From Candidatus Bathyarchaeia archaeon (GTDB taxonomy: Archaea; Thermoproteota; Bathyarchaeia; Bathyarchaeales; Bathycorpusculaceae): DNA of 64,000 nucleotides. Of the stretch, positions 1 through 8,553 are shown in pieces. Under the pieces are notes generated by a model. That model was not told where the DNA came from. It saw nothing but the letters and a program-made list of their open reading frames with translations, and did not search any database. The stretch spans positions 1 through 64,000 of the forward strand of contig JAVZLM010000004.1 of NCBI GenBank assembly GCA_038883775.1, read 5' to 3'. A program made the translations under genes and the position numbers. The number at the start of each line of letters is the position of its first letter. The stretch's first letter is position 1.

Positions 1-311
1 AGAATTGAGGGCATTAAAGAAACATAGTTTTGGTTAAGTTTTGAGCCAATACGAGCCCTAGCCCCTCTATGTTTTTCCCTACCCCTTCCCCCTCTAGGCT
101 GCAGATCCGCGCACCCTAGGCCCTGTGGAGATATCTCCCGCAGCTGCGGAATCCACCAAAGTTTTCCATGGAAACATTAATAATATTTTCTCGGGCTGCT
201 GCAAGCTGCCTTATTTTGTTTCTGGACGTCTGAAGGCGTCTAAAGAATTCATACGCACTCATTAAATAGCGCCTAAGGCTACGTTCTTTTCGCAAAACGG
301 AGCTTGGGAAA

Positions 312-455
312 ATGCAGAAAGCTAAAATTAACGTTAAAGAAGGCGAATTTGGAAAAGAACGTAAATGCCAATATTGCGGGGAATGGTGGATTCAACGCTT
401 CAGCCCAGAACGGTGTCCACGCTGCGGTTACCCAATAAATCCAACGGAGCAGTGA
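312..455 (+). CDS. Small zinc-finger protein (47 aa, not in ORF track)
   Basis: Manual translation MQKAKINVKEGEFGKERKCQYCGEWWIQRFSPERCPRCGYPINPTEQ with CxxC..CxxC; GGAG-containing motif upstream; stop 4 bp before ASCH start. Confidence 0.7.
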   Translation: MQKAKINVKEGEFGKERKCQYCGEWWIQRFSPERCPRCGYPINPTEQ

Positions 456-459
456 AGCC

Positions 460-777
460 ATGGCGCTAACCTTCAAACGCCCCCTCCTTTCTCTAATACT
501 GCAAGGAAAGAAAACCCAAACCCGCCGGCTGCCAAACAACCGCCAGCTCCAGGAAGGACGCATATATGCCATAATGGACGATTGGACGGAAGGACCAAAA
601 GGCTATGTAAGGATAGTAAGGAAGTTCCAGCAGCGCCTCGGCGACATAACAATAGCCGACATACGCAAAGAAGGATTCAACACCCTGGAAGAATTCAAAG
701 CCACATGGGAAAAGCTATACGGCGAATGGAACCCAAACCAAACAGTAATCGTCTACGAATTTGAACTCATAGCCTAA
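460..777 (+). CDS. ASCH domain protein
   Basis: GKKTQTRR motif, DIRKEGF..LEEF and VIVYEFEL typical of the ASCH/PUA-like family. Confidence 0.85.
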   Translation: MALTFKRPLLSLILQGKKTQTRRLPNNRQLQEGRIYAIMDDWTEGPKGYVRIVRKFQQRLGDITIADIRKEGFNTLEEFKATWEKLYGEWNPNQTVIVYEFELIA

Positions 778-780
778 CCC

Positions 781-815
781 GCCCTTTTTTGTTTTATTAG
801 AAAATAAAAGGGGGC
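781..815. terminator. Imperfect inverted repeat with T-tract after the ASCH gene
   Basis: GCCCTTTTTTGTTTT...AAAATAAAAGGGGGC immediately after the stop codon. Confidence 0.45.
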
Positions 816-960
816 ACGGTGAAGGCTGGCTTTAGGAGCTTGGGAAACTCAAAAAGGAGCAGCCCTCAACCATGCCCCCAATTATTCTTCTGCAGATTCG
901 TACTTAAGTTTTATATAGGGATGCCAAACAGAAATAGAACCTTGCAGGAGCTTGGGAAGG

Positions 961-1116
961 ATGGAAGACAGAGAGAAAGAGGAAAAGCAACCAGCGGAAG
1001 ACAAGAGGCTAAACGACACCCAGACCCAGAGCCAACAACCAATAGAGGAAAGAACTCAAGGGGTTCAATTCCCGGCGGGCCCGCCAAAAACGTACAAATT
1101 TAAAGGAAAGAAGTAG
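961..1116 (+). CDS. Putative N-terminal fragment of a split (SSV-type) integrase, 51 aa
   Basis: ATG at 961 after GGGAAGG, TTTTATATA at ~909-917; reads in frame through the tRNA fragment (GVQFPAGPP) and stops 30 bp after it. Confidence 0.5.
   Translation: MEDREKEEKQPAEDKRLNDTQTQSQQPIEERTQGVQFPAGPPKTYKFKGKK
1061..1086 (+). repeat. tRNA 3' fragment (putative attR); likely tRNA-Lys/Arg type
   Basis: GGGTTCAATTCCCGGCGGGCCCGCCA = T-loop, acceptor 3' strand CGGGCCC, discriminator G, CCA; no D or anticodon arm upstream. Confidence 0.75.
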
Positions 1117-1194
1117 TTCATCTTCTAGTCATATGTCGTTTGTTGAAATATCATTGATATAACTTGCCAAGGGCGTAGGTTTTCGGAGAGGGCT

Positions 1195-1323
1195 TTGAAA
1201 AACAAAAATAAACCCGTAGAAGATGGTGATGAGAAGTCTCCTCAAACATCGGAGCGCTACACAATTTTTCACGCATTATTTGAAGCTTTGAAGGAAAAGG
1301 AAAGAAAGCGTAAGAAAAAGTAG
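1195..1323 (+). CDS. Small hypothetical protein (42 aa, basic C-terminus)
   Basis: TTG start after GGAGAGG; open to TAG at 1321; manual translation only. Confidence 0.3.
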   Translation: MKNKNKPVEDGDEKSPQTSERYTIFHALFEALKEKERKRKKK

Positions 1324-1326
1324 TTT

Positions 1327-1827
1327 TTATTCACTATTCGTTTTTTGGTATGCATCTATTAAGTAGTTGAAAGTGAAGTGTTTTAGCACGACGCTTCCTG
1401 ATAGGCTTACGAGGAATATTTTGAAATCTTCTAGGTATTTGCCCCAGTCTCTTCTGAAAACGTGGTAGAATTTTACGAAATCTCCATAATCCTTATGCAC
1501 AGAAACCATCAAAGCATCCGAATCCATCCCTTGACCAGTACAAACAAAAACAACATTTGGTTGCTCCTTCGCCCATTCTCTTCCCTTGTCCCAAAGCGGA
1601 TGAACCAGCTCTTTTGTACGGCAAAATGTGAAGGCTACAAGGTCAAACCCTAAATAGGTAAGGTTTGGAATTATAGTGTACTGTTGTATTGCTTGGTTTT
1701 CCAAGACTTTCCTTAAACGAGTTATTGTAGGCTGGGAAATGTCCAAGATTTTCGCTAAATCCCTGTCGCTTCGCTTTGAATTTTTGATAAGCTCAAAAAG
1801 GAGTTTAAGCAATTTTTCCTGTTTCAT
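1327..1827 (-). CDS. Lrp/AsnC-family transcriptional regulator
   Basis: N-terminal HTH (NSKRSDRDLAKILDISQPTITRLR) plus RAM-like C-terminal domain. Confidence 0.85.
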   Translation of the reverse strand: MKQEKLLKLLFELIKNSKRSDRDLAKILDISQPTITRLRKVLENQAIQQYTIIPNLTYLGFDLVAFTFCRTKELVHPLWDKGREWAKEQPNVVFVCTGQGMDSDALMVSVHKDYGDFVKFYHVFRRDWGKYLEDFKIFLVSLSGSVVLKHFTFNYLIDAYQKTNSE

Positions 1828-1863
1828 AAACTCATTTAAGCGATAATTCCTTATGAAACTTTC

Positions 1864-2898
1864 TTAAATTACAGATTTTACAGCATTCACTGTTCTTTTT
1901 AGAAGAAGCTGGGCGGCCTCCTGTGTTGGCCAACCGCCTAAACCGCAGTCTGGTCCTGTAAAGGCCATTCTTTCGCCATACTTCTCTCTGGCTTTTAGAA
2001 ACCTTCTCTGGATGGTTTCTTCGCTTTCAACTAATTGTTCAGCATTTGGTTTAGTTATGCCTTTCTCGTATAGTTCCGCCGTAATCGAGTCTATGTCGGT
2101 TCTTGATATGCCAACCCTTATTTGTTTGTCCGTTTCTTCCAACATTTTTTTGGAAACTGCTTCTATGTTTCTGGGGGAAGCTGCATACTCAAAAGATAAA
2201 ACGTCAAGATTTTTAGCCATCAACAAATCTGCAACTCTGGATGAAGAGTGTATGTGAATCTGTTTTACAACGCCTGAAAAGTCAAAGGCTTTTTCCAACA
2301 CATCCACGATTGCATCCCTATCTGCTGTGATGTCTTGAAATCCGAAGCTTGGTTCATCCAGCGAAACCACTTCGGTCTTTACATACTTGGAGTTTAAAAT
2401 GGAGTTTTTTGCGAATCGCTTTACGGTTTCTGCAAACATTAGGAGAACATCCTTGTAAGAAACGGTTCCAACCATTTTTAGGTAAAGCTCCATTGGACCA
2501 GTAACGCAAACGCGAAGCGAAATTTTCTTCCCAAATTCTTTGCTGAGCCTTTCAGCTTCTTCCCTGATTACGTATATTTCAGGTATTGTTGCGCTTTCTT
2601 CTTCGACTATGTATGTGCCTTTATTTGTGGCTTCTTGGATTACTTCTGTAAATTGCCTATGAATGTCGTAATGTTGTGGATAGTTTATAACGTCTAAGCC
2701 CGTCTCCAACTTTTTCTTAAAAGAGTTCACTATGACATTATAAAAGTTGTTTAGCAAAAATTCTTCCTTTTTCATGTCTTTTCCTTTTATTATGGCTTCC
2801 CTTGCGAGTGCATATGCTCTATCAAATAATTTTTTATCTATGGAATTGGGCAGTGGATAACTTCCCACATCATCAACTAACACGTTCATATCAAACAC
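1864..2898 (-). CDS. Core (single-domain) cobalamin-independent methionine synthase family protein
   Basis: DDVGSYP, LDEPS, HIH, FEY and GPDCGL motifs of the MetE catalytic domain. Confidence 0.8.
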   Translation of the reverse strand: MFDMNVLVDDVGSYPLPNSIDKKLFDRAYALAREAIIKGKDMKKEEFLLNNFYNVIVNSFKKKLETGLDVINYPQHYDIHRQFTEVIQEATNKGTYIVEEESATIPEIYVIREEAERLSKEFGKKISLRVCVTGPMELYLKMVGTVSYKDVLLMFAETVKRFAKNSILNSKYVKTEVVSLDEPSFGFQDITADRDAIVDVLEKAFDFSGVVKQIHIHSSSRVADLLMAKNLDVLSFEYAASPRNIEAVSKKMLEETDKQIRVGISRTDIDSITAELYEKGITKPNAEQLVESEETIQRRFLKAREKYGERMAFTGPDCGLGGWPTQEAAQLLLKRTVNAVKSVI

Positions 2899-2975
2899 TT
2901 TTGCTGTTGAGTCATTTAAGAGTAGTTGTTGTTTTCCGCAAAAAATATAAGTTACCGCTCACCCGTGAACTTTAA

Positions 2976-3953
2976 TTGGTGTTAAGAATGAGCATTTGGA
3001 AACTTCGTCTATCGCTATTTGGTTCCTTAGCCATAATAATAGGGCTTTCCACATTGTTCCTAACTTTGGTTTTAAGCTTACTTGGCATTATGGATTTTTT
3101 AACTCTTGGTGTTTTGGTTGTTGCCTTTAACATTTTTCAATGGTTAATATCGCCGTACATTATTGATGCTCTTTACCGTGTGAGAGACATTCCAGAAAGC
3201 GAAAATCCAAAGCTTCATGAAGTTGTTGAAAACCTAAGCAGGAAAAGCGGAATTAAAAAGCCTAGGCTTATGCTTGCCCAAATTCCAATACCAAACGCTT
3301 TTGCTTATGGTTCGCCCATAGCTGGCAACCGCATAGCAGTCACAACTGGACTTTTGAAAACATTAGATTTTGAAGAGGTAGAAGCTGTTATTGGGCATGA
3401 ACTTGGACATTTGAAGCACAGAGACGTTCAGGTGATGATGTTTGTTTCGCTTTTGCCAGCCCTATTCTATTATTTAGGGTATTCACTTATGCTCTCATCC
3501 ATGTACAGTAGAAGAAGAGAGGATGCAGGCGGAGGCGCCGCAATAATAGGCATAGTTCTCTTAGCTTTCTCACTTTTCTTGAACCTTATTTGCGTAAGAT
3601 TTCTAAGCCGCACCCGTGAATATTATGCTGACAGGCATAGTGCATCCATAGTTGAGGAAGGTCCCCGAAAACTTTCTGAAGGCTTAGCAAAAATAGTTCA
3701 CATGACAAAAAACATGAAATACATCAAAAAGCAGACTCAAAACATGTATGCCTTCAAAGCCCTATTCATTGCAGACCCAGACCATGCAGAAACCGATTCC
3801 ATGGCAATTTCCACCATAACGGCTCCGTCGGACCAAAAACTGGTTCAAGAATATCTATCAAAGGAGCTAACTTTAGCAGATAAGATTGCAGAAATTTTCT
3901 CAACCCATCCAAACATAATTAAACGTCTTAGAGCTTTGCAGGAATTAAGCTAA
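2976..3953 (+). CDS. htpX: Zinc metalloprotease HtpX (M48)
   Basis: PNAFA, HELGH, SRTREYYAD, FSTHP motifs; TM helices. Confidence 0.92.
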   Translation: MVLRMSIWKLRLSLFGSLAIIIGLSTLFLTLVLSLLGIMDFLTLGVLVVAFNIFQWLISPYIIDALYRVRDIPESENPKLHEVVENLSRKSGIKKPRLMLAQIPIPNAFAYGSPIAGNRIAVTTGLLKTLDFEEVEAVIGHELGHLKHRDVQVMMFVSLLPALFYYLGYSLMLSSMYSRRREDAGGGAAIIGIVLLAFSLFLNLICVRFLSRTREYYADRHSASIVEEGPRKLSEGLAKIVHMTKNMKYIKKQTQNMYAFKALFIADPDHAETDSMAISTITAPSDQKLVQEYLSKELTLADKIAEIFSTHPNIIKRLRALQELS

Positions 3954-4017
3954 AACTTTTATATTTTTTGGAAAACGTTAAAGCCATCAAGGGCATTAAG
4001 TTTAAAAGTTAACGGAT

Positions 4018-5253
4018 ATGGTGCATATGGAATTTCAGAAGGTTTCCATGGAAATTGAAAACTTGAAGAGTGAAATGGTTCAAGCGCTTATGGAGCTTAT
4101 TAGCATTCCAGCCATTGCCCCAGAAAATGGCGGAGAAGGAGAATACAAGAAAAGCGAAAAACTGCTACAAATTTTAGCCTCTGTAGGCTTTGATAAGGTA
4201 GAGCGTGTGGATGCCGAGGACAAGCGGGTTCCCACGGGGAAAAGACCAAACATCATAGCCTACCTTCACGGAGAAAGCAATGCTGAAAGATTGTGGATAA
4301 TAACCCACCTTGACATTGTTCCTGTCGGAGAAGAATCTCTTTGGACTGTTACGAAGCCTTTCAAACCAACAGTTAAGGATGAACGAATTTATGGGCGGGG
4401 AAGCGAAGACAACGGACAATCCATGATTGCCTCAATCTTTGCTGTTAAAGCCCTAAAGCGGTTGGGCATAAAACCCAAAAGAACGGTTGCCTTAGCCTTC
4501 GTAGCAGACGAGGAACAAGGAAGCAAATATGGAATTCAGCATTTAATAAATCAAGGGCTTTTCCGAAAAGACGATTTAATAGTTGTGCCAGACAGCGGAA
4601 ACGAAAATGGAAGCTTCATAGAAATTGCTGAAAAAAGCGCTTTATGGTTTAGAATTCGAACAATTGGAAAACAAACCCACGCCAGCAGACCCCACATGGG
4701 CTTAAACGCCCACCGCATAGGAATGGAATACGCTTTAGCCTTAGACAAGATGCTGCATGAAAAATATGCGCTCAAAGACCCATATTTCGACCCGCCAGAA
4801 AGCACTTTCGAACCAACAAAGAAGGAAAGGAATGTGGATGCGGTTAACATTGTTCCAGGAGAAGACATAACATGCTTTGACTGCAGAGTATTGCCAAACT
4901 ACAACATAGACGAAATACTAAAGGATATTCAAGTGCTGGCAGAAGAATTTGAAAAGAAAACAGGAGCCAAAATGAAAATAGAAATTGTCCAAAAAAGTGC
5001 TGCTCCCAAACCCACAGACCCAAACTCAAAAATTGTAATTATGCTAAAAAACGCCATAAAAACTCTAAGAGGAATAGAACCAAAAGTTGGAGGAATAGGC
5101 GGAGGAACATGCGCCGCCTTTTTCAGAAGAATAGATGTTCCAGCAGTGGTCTGGAGCACAATAGACGAAACAGCCCACCAACCAAATGAATACGCAAAAA
5201 TACAAAACATGGTTGAAGATGCAAAGGTCTACGCCTATTTAATGAGTTCTTAA
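4018..5253 (+). CDS. M20 family metallopeptidase (ArgE/DapE-like)
   Basis: HLDIVP, YGRGSED, DEE, C-terminal AHQPNE. Confidence 0.9.
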   Translation: MVHMEFQKVSMEIENLKSEMVQALMELISIPAIAPENGGEGEYKKSEKLLQILASVGFDKVERVDAEDKRVPTGKRPNIIAYLHGESNAERLWIITHLDIVPVGEESLWTVTKPFKPTVKDERIYGRGSEDNGQSMIASIFAVKALKRLGIKPKRTVALAFVADEEQGSKYGIQHLINQGLFRKDDLIVVPDSGNENGSFIEIAEKSALWFRIRTIGKQTHASRPHMGLNAHRIGMEYALALDKMLHEKYALKDPYFDPPESTFEPTKKERNVDAVNIVPGEDITCFDCRVLPNYNIDEILKDIQVLAEEFEKKTGAKMKIEIVQKSAAPKPTDPNSKIVIMLKNAIKTLRGIEPKVGGIGGGTCAAFFRRIDVPAVVWSTIDETAHQPNEYAKIQNMVEDAKVYAYLMSS

Positions 5254-5301
5254 TGTTTTAGAGCGAAAGTTTTATATGGATGGATTATCCATCCAACATA
5301 C

Positions 5302-5862
5302 ATGGGCAAACACAAGGCTTCGACTCCAAAAATTGCCCTTTTCAGCGTCTTGGCGGCCATTTGTTTAGCTTTGCAGTTGTCGCCAAGACCACCAAATGTC
5401 GAGTTCACATCTCTCTTTACCTTTATTATTGGCTTTATTTATGGCTCTCAAGCTGGAATACTGTTTGGTGGTTTTGTTATGTTTGTCAACGGATTTTTTT
5501 CTCCATGGGGCTTTGCTGGTTTAAATTTGCCTTTCCAGATGGTTGGGATGGGACTAGTTGGTTTAGCTGGAGGTTTATACCAAAAGTTTTCAAGAGGCTA
5601 CCTTTCGATAGGATTTTGTGTTGAAGTTTCAATTTTGGGAGCTTTTCTAACCGCAATTTACGACCTTATAACAAACCTTGGAGTTGCTTTTCAATTTGTG
5701 CTTTCTGGTACACCAGCTGTTTTGGCTGTGCCAACAGCCCTGGCTTACGGAACGCCTCTTTCGCTTATTCATATTTTTTCAAACATAGCGGTCTTTGGAG
5801 TTGCCTTCTTTCCGCTGGTTAAGGCAGTAAAAAACGTTATGGTGGTTGAAGCCTTTGGTTGA
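5302..5862 (+). CDS. ECF transporter S component (CbrT-like)
   Basis: Highly hydrophobic multi-TM protein, PPNVEFT motif, terminal H..SN. Confidence 0.7.
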   Translation: MGKHKASTPKIALFSVLAAICLALQLSPRPPNVEFTSLFTFIIGFIYGSQAGILFGGFVMFVNGFFSPWGFAGLNLPFQMVGMGLVGLAGGLYQKFSRGYLSIGFCVEVSILGAFLTAIYDLITNLGVAFQFVLSGTPAVLAVPTALAYGTPLSLIHIFSNIAVFGVAFFPLVKAVKNVMVVEAFG

Positions 5863-6661
5863 AAAAAGAACATTAACCTTCGCAGTATTGGCGATTTTGA
5901 CGTGGGCGCTAATTGCAACAAGCGCCATGGCATACTACTATTTAGAGCAGTTGAGATATCAAAGTCAACTCGCTGAGACGCAAGGTTTGTTGACGGAAGT
6001 AGCTGAAAACTATACAACGTCCATGGCAAAACAGGATATGTTATTGAGAGATTATAATGCATTGTTCGGTGAATATTACCAGCTTTATCCAGAAAACTGC
6101 TCTATATTTATGGATGAATATTGCCAATTGCTCTCCAATCTTGAAGGCAACTACACGCATATACTGAATACTTTTCCAAAATTAAATGAAACATATGCTT
6201 ACTTGCTGAATCAAGCTCAAGCGCTTGGCACCCAAGATATGGTAACGAGAACAGAATTTGAGGCGTTACTCAGCGAATTCCACAAACTGTTGTCAGAACT
6301 GGCAGCAAAAGAATTGGAAAACTCACTAGTCAAAGTAAGTTTGATACATGTAAACCTATGTATCGATTATGGAAACGAAACCATAGTTTGGTACAACGTC
6401 TCCACATCTCCTGGCATGACTCTTTTCGACCTAACAAAAAACCTCACCAAAGTTGAATATGGGTATTACCCGTGGATGGAGCCTGGTCATGTGCTTGTAA
6501 ATTCAATAAACGGCGTTGCTCCTGAAAATGGAATATACTGGTTCTGGTACTATTGGGATGAGACAAGTCACGAGTGGGTTTTTGGACAGGTTGGATGTGA
6601 TGCTTGGATTTTGAAAGATAATGGAACCTATAGATGGATATATAAGGTTTGGGGACCTTAG
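5846..6661 (+). CDS. Membrane-anchored protein with coiled coil and C-terminal DUF4430-like (transcobalamin beta-domain-like) module
   Basis: N-terminal TM; C-terminal TLFDLT..VNSINGV..YWFWYY..GQVGCD. Confidence 0.6.
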   Translation: MKPLVEKRTLTFAVLAILTWALIATSAMAYYYLEQLRYQSQLAETQGLLTEVAENYTTSMAKQDMLLRDYNALFGEYYQLYPENCSIFMDEYCQLLSNLEGNYTHILNTFPKLNETYAYLLNQAQALGTQDMVTRTEFEALLSEFHKLLSELAAKELENSLVKVSLIHVNLCIDYGNETIVWYNVSTSPGMTLFDLTKNLTKVEYGYYPWMEPGHVLVNSINGVAPENGIYWFWYYWDETSHEWVFGQVGCDAWILKDNGTYRWIYKVWGP

Positions 6662-6723
6662 AGACCGAATAAACCAAAATGATTTATCTTAGTAAAAAAT
6701 AAAAGAAATTAACATTTTAGAAG

Positions 6724-7428
6724 GTGCAAACTTTGACTAAAACCTCTAAAATATTCAGTGAAACACGCAAAGAAGGAAGGAAGTTCTTACTTGAACCTGA
6801 GGCTAAAGCTGTTTGCATGGAGTATGGGATTCCAGTCACCAAGTTTGAGGTTGCGAAAAGTGAGGCTGAGGCTGTTAAGTTTGCGGAGGCTATTGGTTTT
6901 CCTGTGGTTTTGAAAATTGTTTCGCCAGACATTATTCACAAGTCTGATGTTGGCGGCGTCATTGTTGGCTTGAAAAGTGCGAAGGAAGTTAGGGATGCCT
7001 ATAAAAAGATTTTAGAAAATGTGAAGAAGCATAGGGCTGATGCGAAAATTGTCGGTGTTCTTGTTCAGGAGATGGCTCCCGCTTCAACAGAAGTAATCGT
7101 AGGCGCCATTAAAGATCCACAGTTTGGTCCCGCTTTAATGTTTGGTTTAGGCGGAATTTTTGTTGAAGTTTTAAAGGATGTTACTTTTCGGATTGCTCCA
7201 ATAACAGAGGATGAAGCCCATGAAATGATTAGAGAAGTGCGGGCGTATCCACTTCTGAAAGGGTATAGGAATTTGCCCCCAGCAGATATAGACGCCATAA
7301 TAAAAATCTTGTTAAACACTTCAAGACTTGTTATCGATCACGAGGAAATCAAGGAAGTGGATTTAAATCCCATAATGGTTTATGAGAGGGGAGCAAAAAC
7401 AGTAGACGCAAGAATCATCCTCGAATAA
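6724..7428 (+). CDS. acdB: ADP-forming acyl-CoA synthetase beta subunit (ATP-grasp)
   Basis: GFPVVLKIVSPDIIHKSDVGGV, DPQFGP, DLNP motifs. Confidence 0.9.
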   Translation: MQTLTKTSKIFSETRKEGRKFLLEPEAKAVCMEYGIPVTKFEVAKSEAEAVKFAEAIGFPVVLKIVSPDIIHKSDVGGVIVGLKSAKEVRDAYKKILENVKKHRADAKIVGVLVQEMAPASTEVIVGAIKDPQFGPALMFGLGGIFVEVLKDVTFRIAPITEDEAHEMIREVRAYPLLKGYRNLPPADIDAIIKILLNTSRLVIDHEEIKEVDLNPIMVYERGAKTVDARIILE

Positions 7429-7500
7429 GCTTTTCTTGTTGTCAAATCTTGGCTAAAAGGGTAAAACTTTAATTTCAAAAACCACGTGAAAAGACGGTAG

Positions 7501-8553
7501 GTGATATTATTGACCAAAGAGATTGAGCTTTTGGCAAAATTGTCAAATGCTTTTGGGCCTTCTGGAAATGAAGAAAATGTAGCTGAAATTCTTAAAAAAG
7601 AACTTGAAGAATACGCTGATGAAACACGCATTGACAAGCTTGGAAACATATTCTTCTATCACCATGGAAAAGCTGGTTATCCAAAAATTATGCTTTCAGC
7701 GCATATGGATGAGGTAGGCTTCATAATCACCTTTATAGAAGAGAATGGTTTCCTTCGGTTCGACGCGATAGGTGGCATAACCAACAATGTTATGCCCGGA
7801 CAAAGAATACTCCTCAAGGGAGAAAAAGGATATGTCAAAGGAATAATTGGCACAAAACCTCCTCACATTATGACGCCTGAAGAACAGAACAAGGTTTTGC
7901 CAAAGGAAGACCTTTTCATAGACATCGGAGCCGACAATATTAATCAGGCGCAAGAAAAGGGCATAGATGTTGGAGCCCTGGGCGTTTTTGATGTTGAATT
8001 CGCAGATTTAGGAGACGGATATTTCAGAGGAAAAGCATTTGACGACAGAGCAGGATGCACGGTTCTTGCGGAAGTATTCAAAGCTATAAAAGATTCTCCA
8101 TATAACATTGTAGCTGTTGGTTCTGTCCAAGAAGAGCTTGGCATAAGAGGAGCAAGAACAGCAGCTTGGCAGGTGGACCCCGATTATGGATTAGCCCTAG
8201 AAGGAACTTTTGTTGCTGATGTTCCAAACACAAGACCAGATAGGGTTTCTTCCAAGATTAAAGGCGGACCGGTCCTAACAATATTGGATAGAACAACTTT
8301 CACCCATCCCACCATTCTCAAAGCCCTAGTAAAAAGTGGAAGAGAAAACTCAATTCCATTTCAGTTCAAAAAAGTGCCAATGGGCGGAACAGATGCAGGC
8401 GCAATCCATTTAACAAAAGCGGGCGTGCCAAGTGGAACGGTGGCAGTGCCATGCAGGTACATTCATGGTCCAGCATCCATCATTCACATTGAAGATTTGA
8501 AGAATACGATACGACTAGTAACCGAATTCATAAAAACCATTTCATCTTGTTGA
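7501..8553 (+). CDS. M42 family aminopeptidase (TET-like)
   Basis: AHMDEVG, KAFDDR, QEELG, GGTDAG, RYIH motifs. Confidence 0.92.
   Translation: MILLTKEIELLAKLSNAFGPSGNEENVAEILKKELEEYADETRIDKLGNIFFYHHGKAGYPKIMLSAHMDEVGFIITFIEENGFLRFDAIGGITNNVMPGQRILLKGEKGYVKGIIGTKPPHIMTPEEQNKVLPKEDLFIDIGADNINQAQEKGIDVGALGVFDVEFADLGDGYFRGKAFDDRAGCTVLAEVFKAIKDSPYNIVAVGSVQEELGIRGARTAAWQVDPDYGLALEGTFVADVPNTRPDRVSSKIKGGPVLTILDRTTFTHPTILKALVKSGRENSIPFQFKKVPMGGTDAGAIHLTKAGVPSGTVAVPCRYIHGPASIIHIEDLKNTIRLVTEFIKTISSC

Larger units (their letters stand above)
1..1086. mobile_element. Right end of a putative tRNA-integrated element (left end outside window)
   Basis: Orphan tRNA 3' fragment at 1061..1086, preceded by small virus/plasmid-type ORFs (Zn finger, ASCH) and an ORF reading through the fragment. 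Confidence 0.6.

Noticed and set aside
279-572. 97-aa minus-strand ORF
   Set aside because: Antisense shadow of the Zn-finger and ASCH genes
1010-1086. Complete tRNA gene
   Set aside because: Only the T-loop and 3' acceptor strand are present; no GGGCCCG 5' strand, D arm or anticodon arm upstream
819-1103. 94-aa plus-strand ORF
   Set aside because: Non-protein-like composition, spans a TATA-like box; the 961..1116 frame has better start signals
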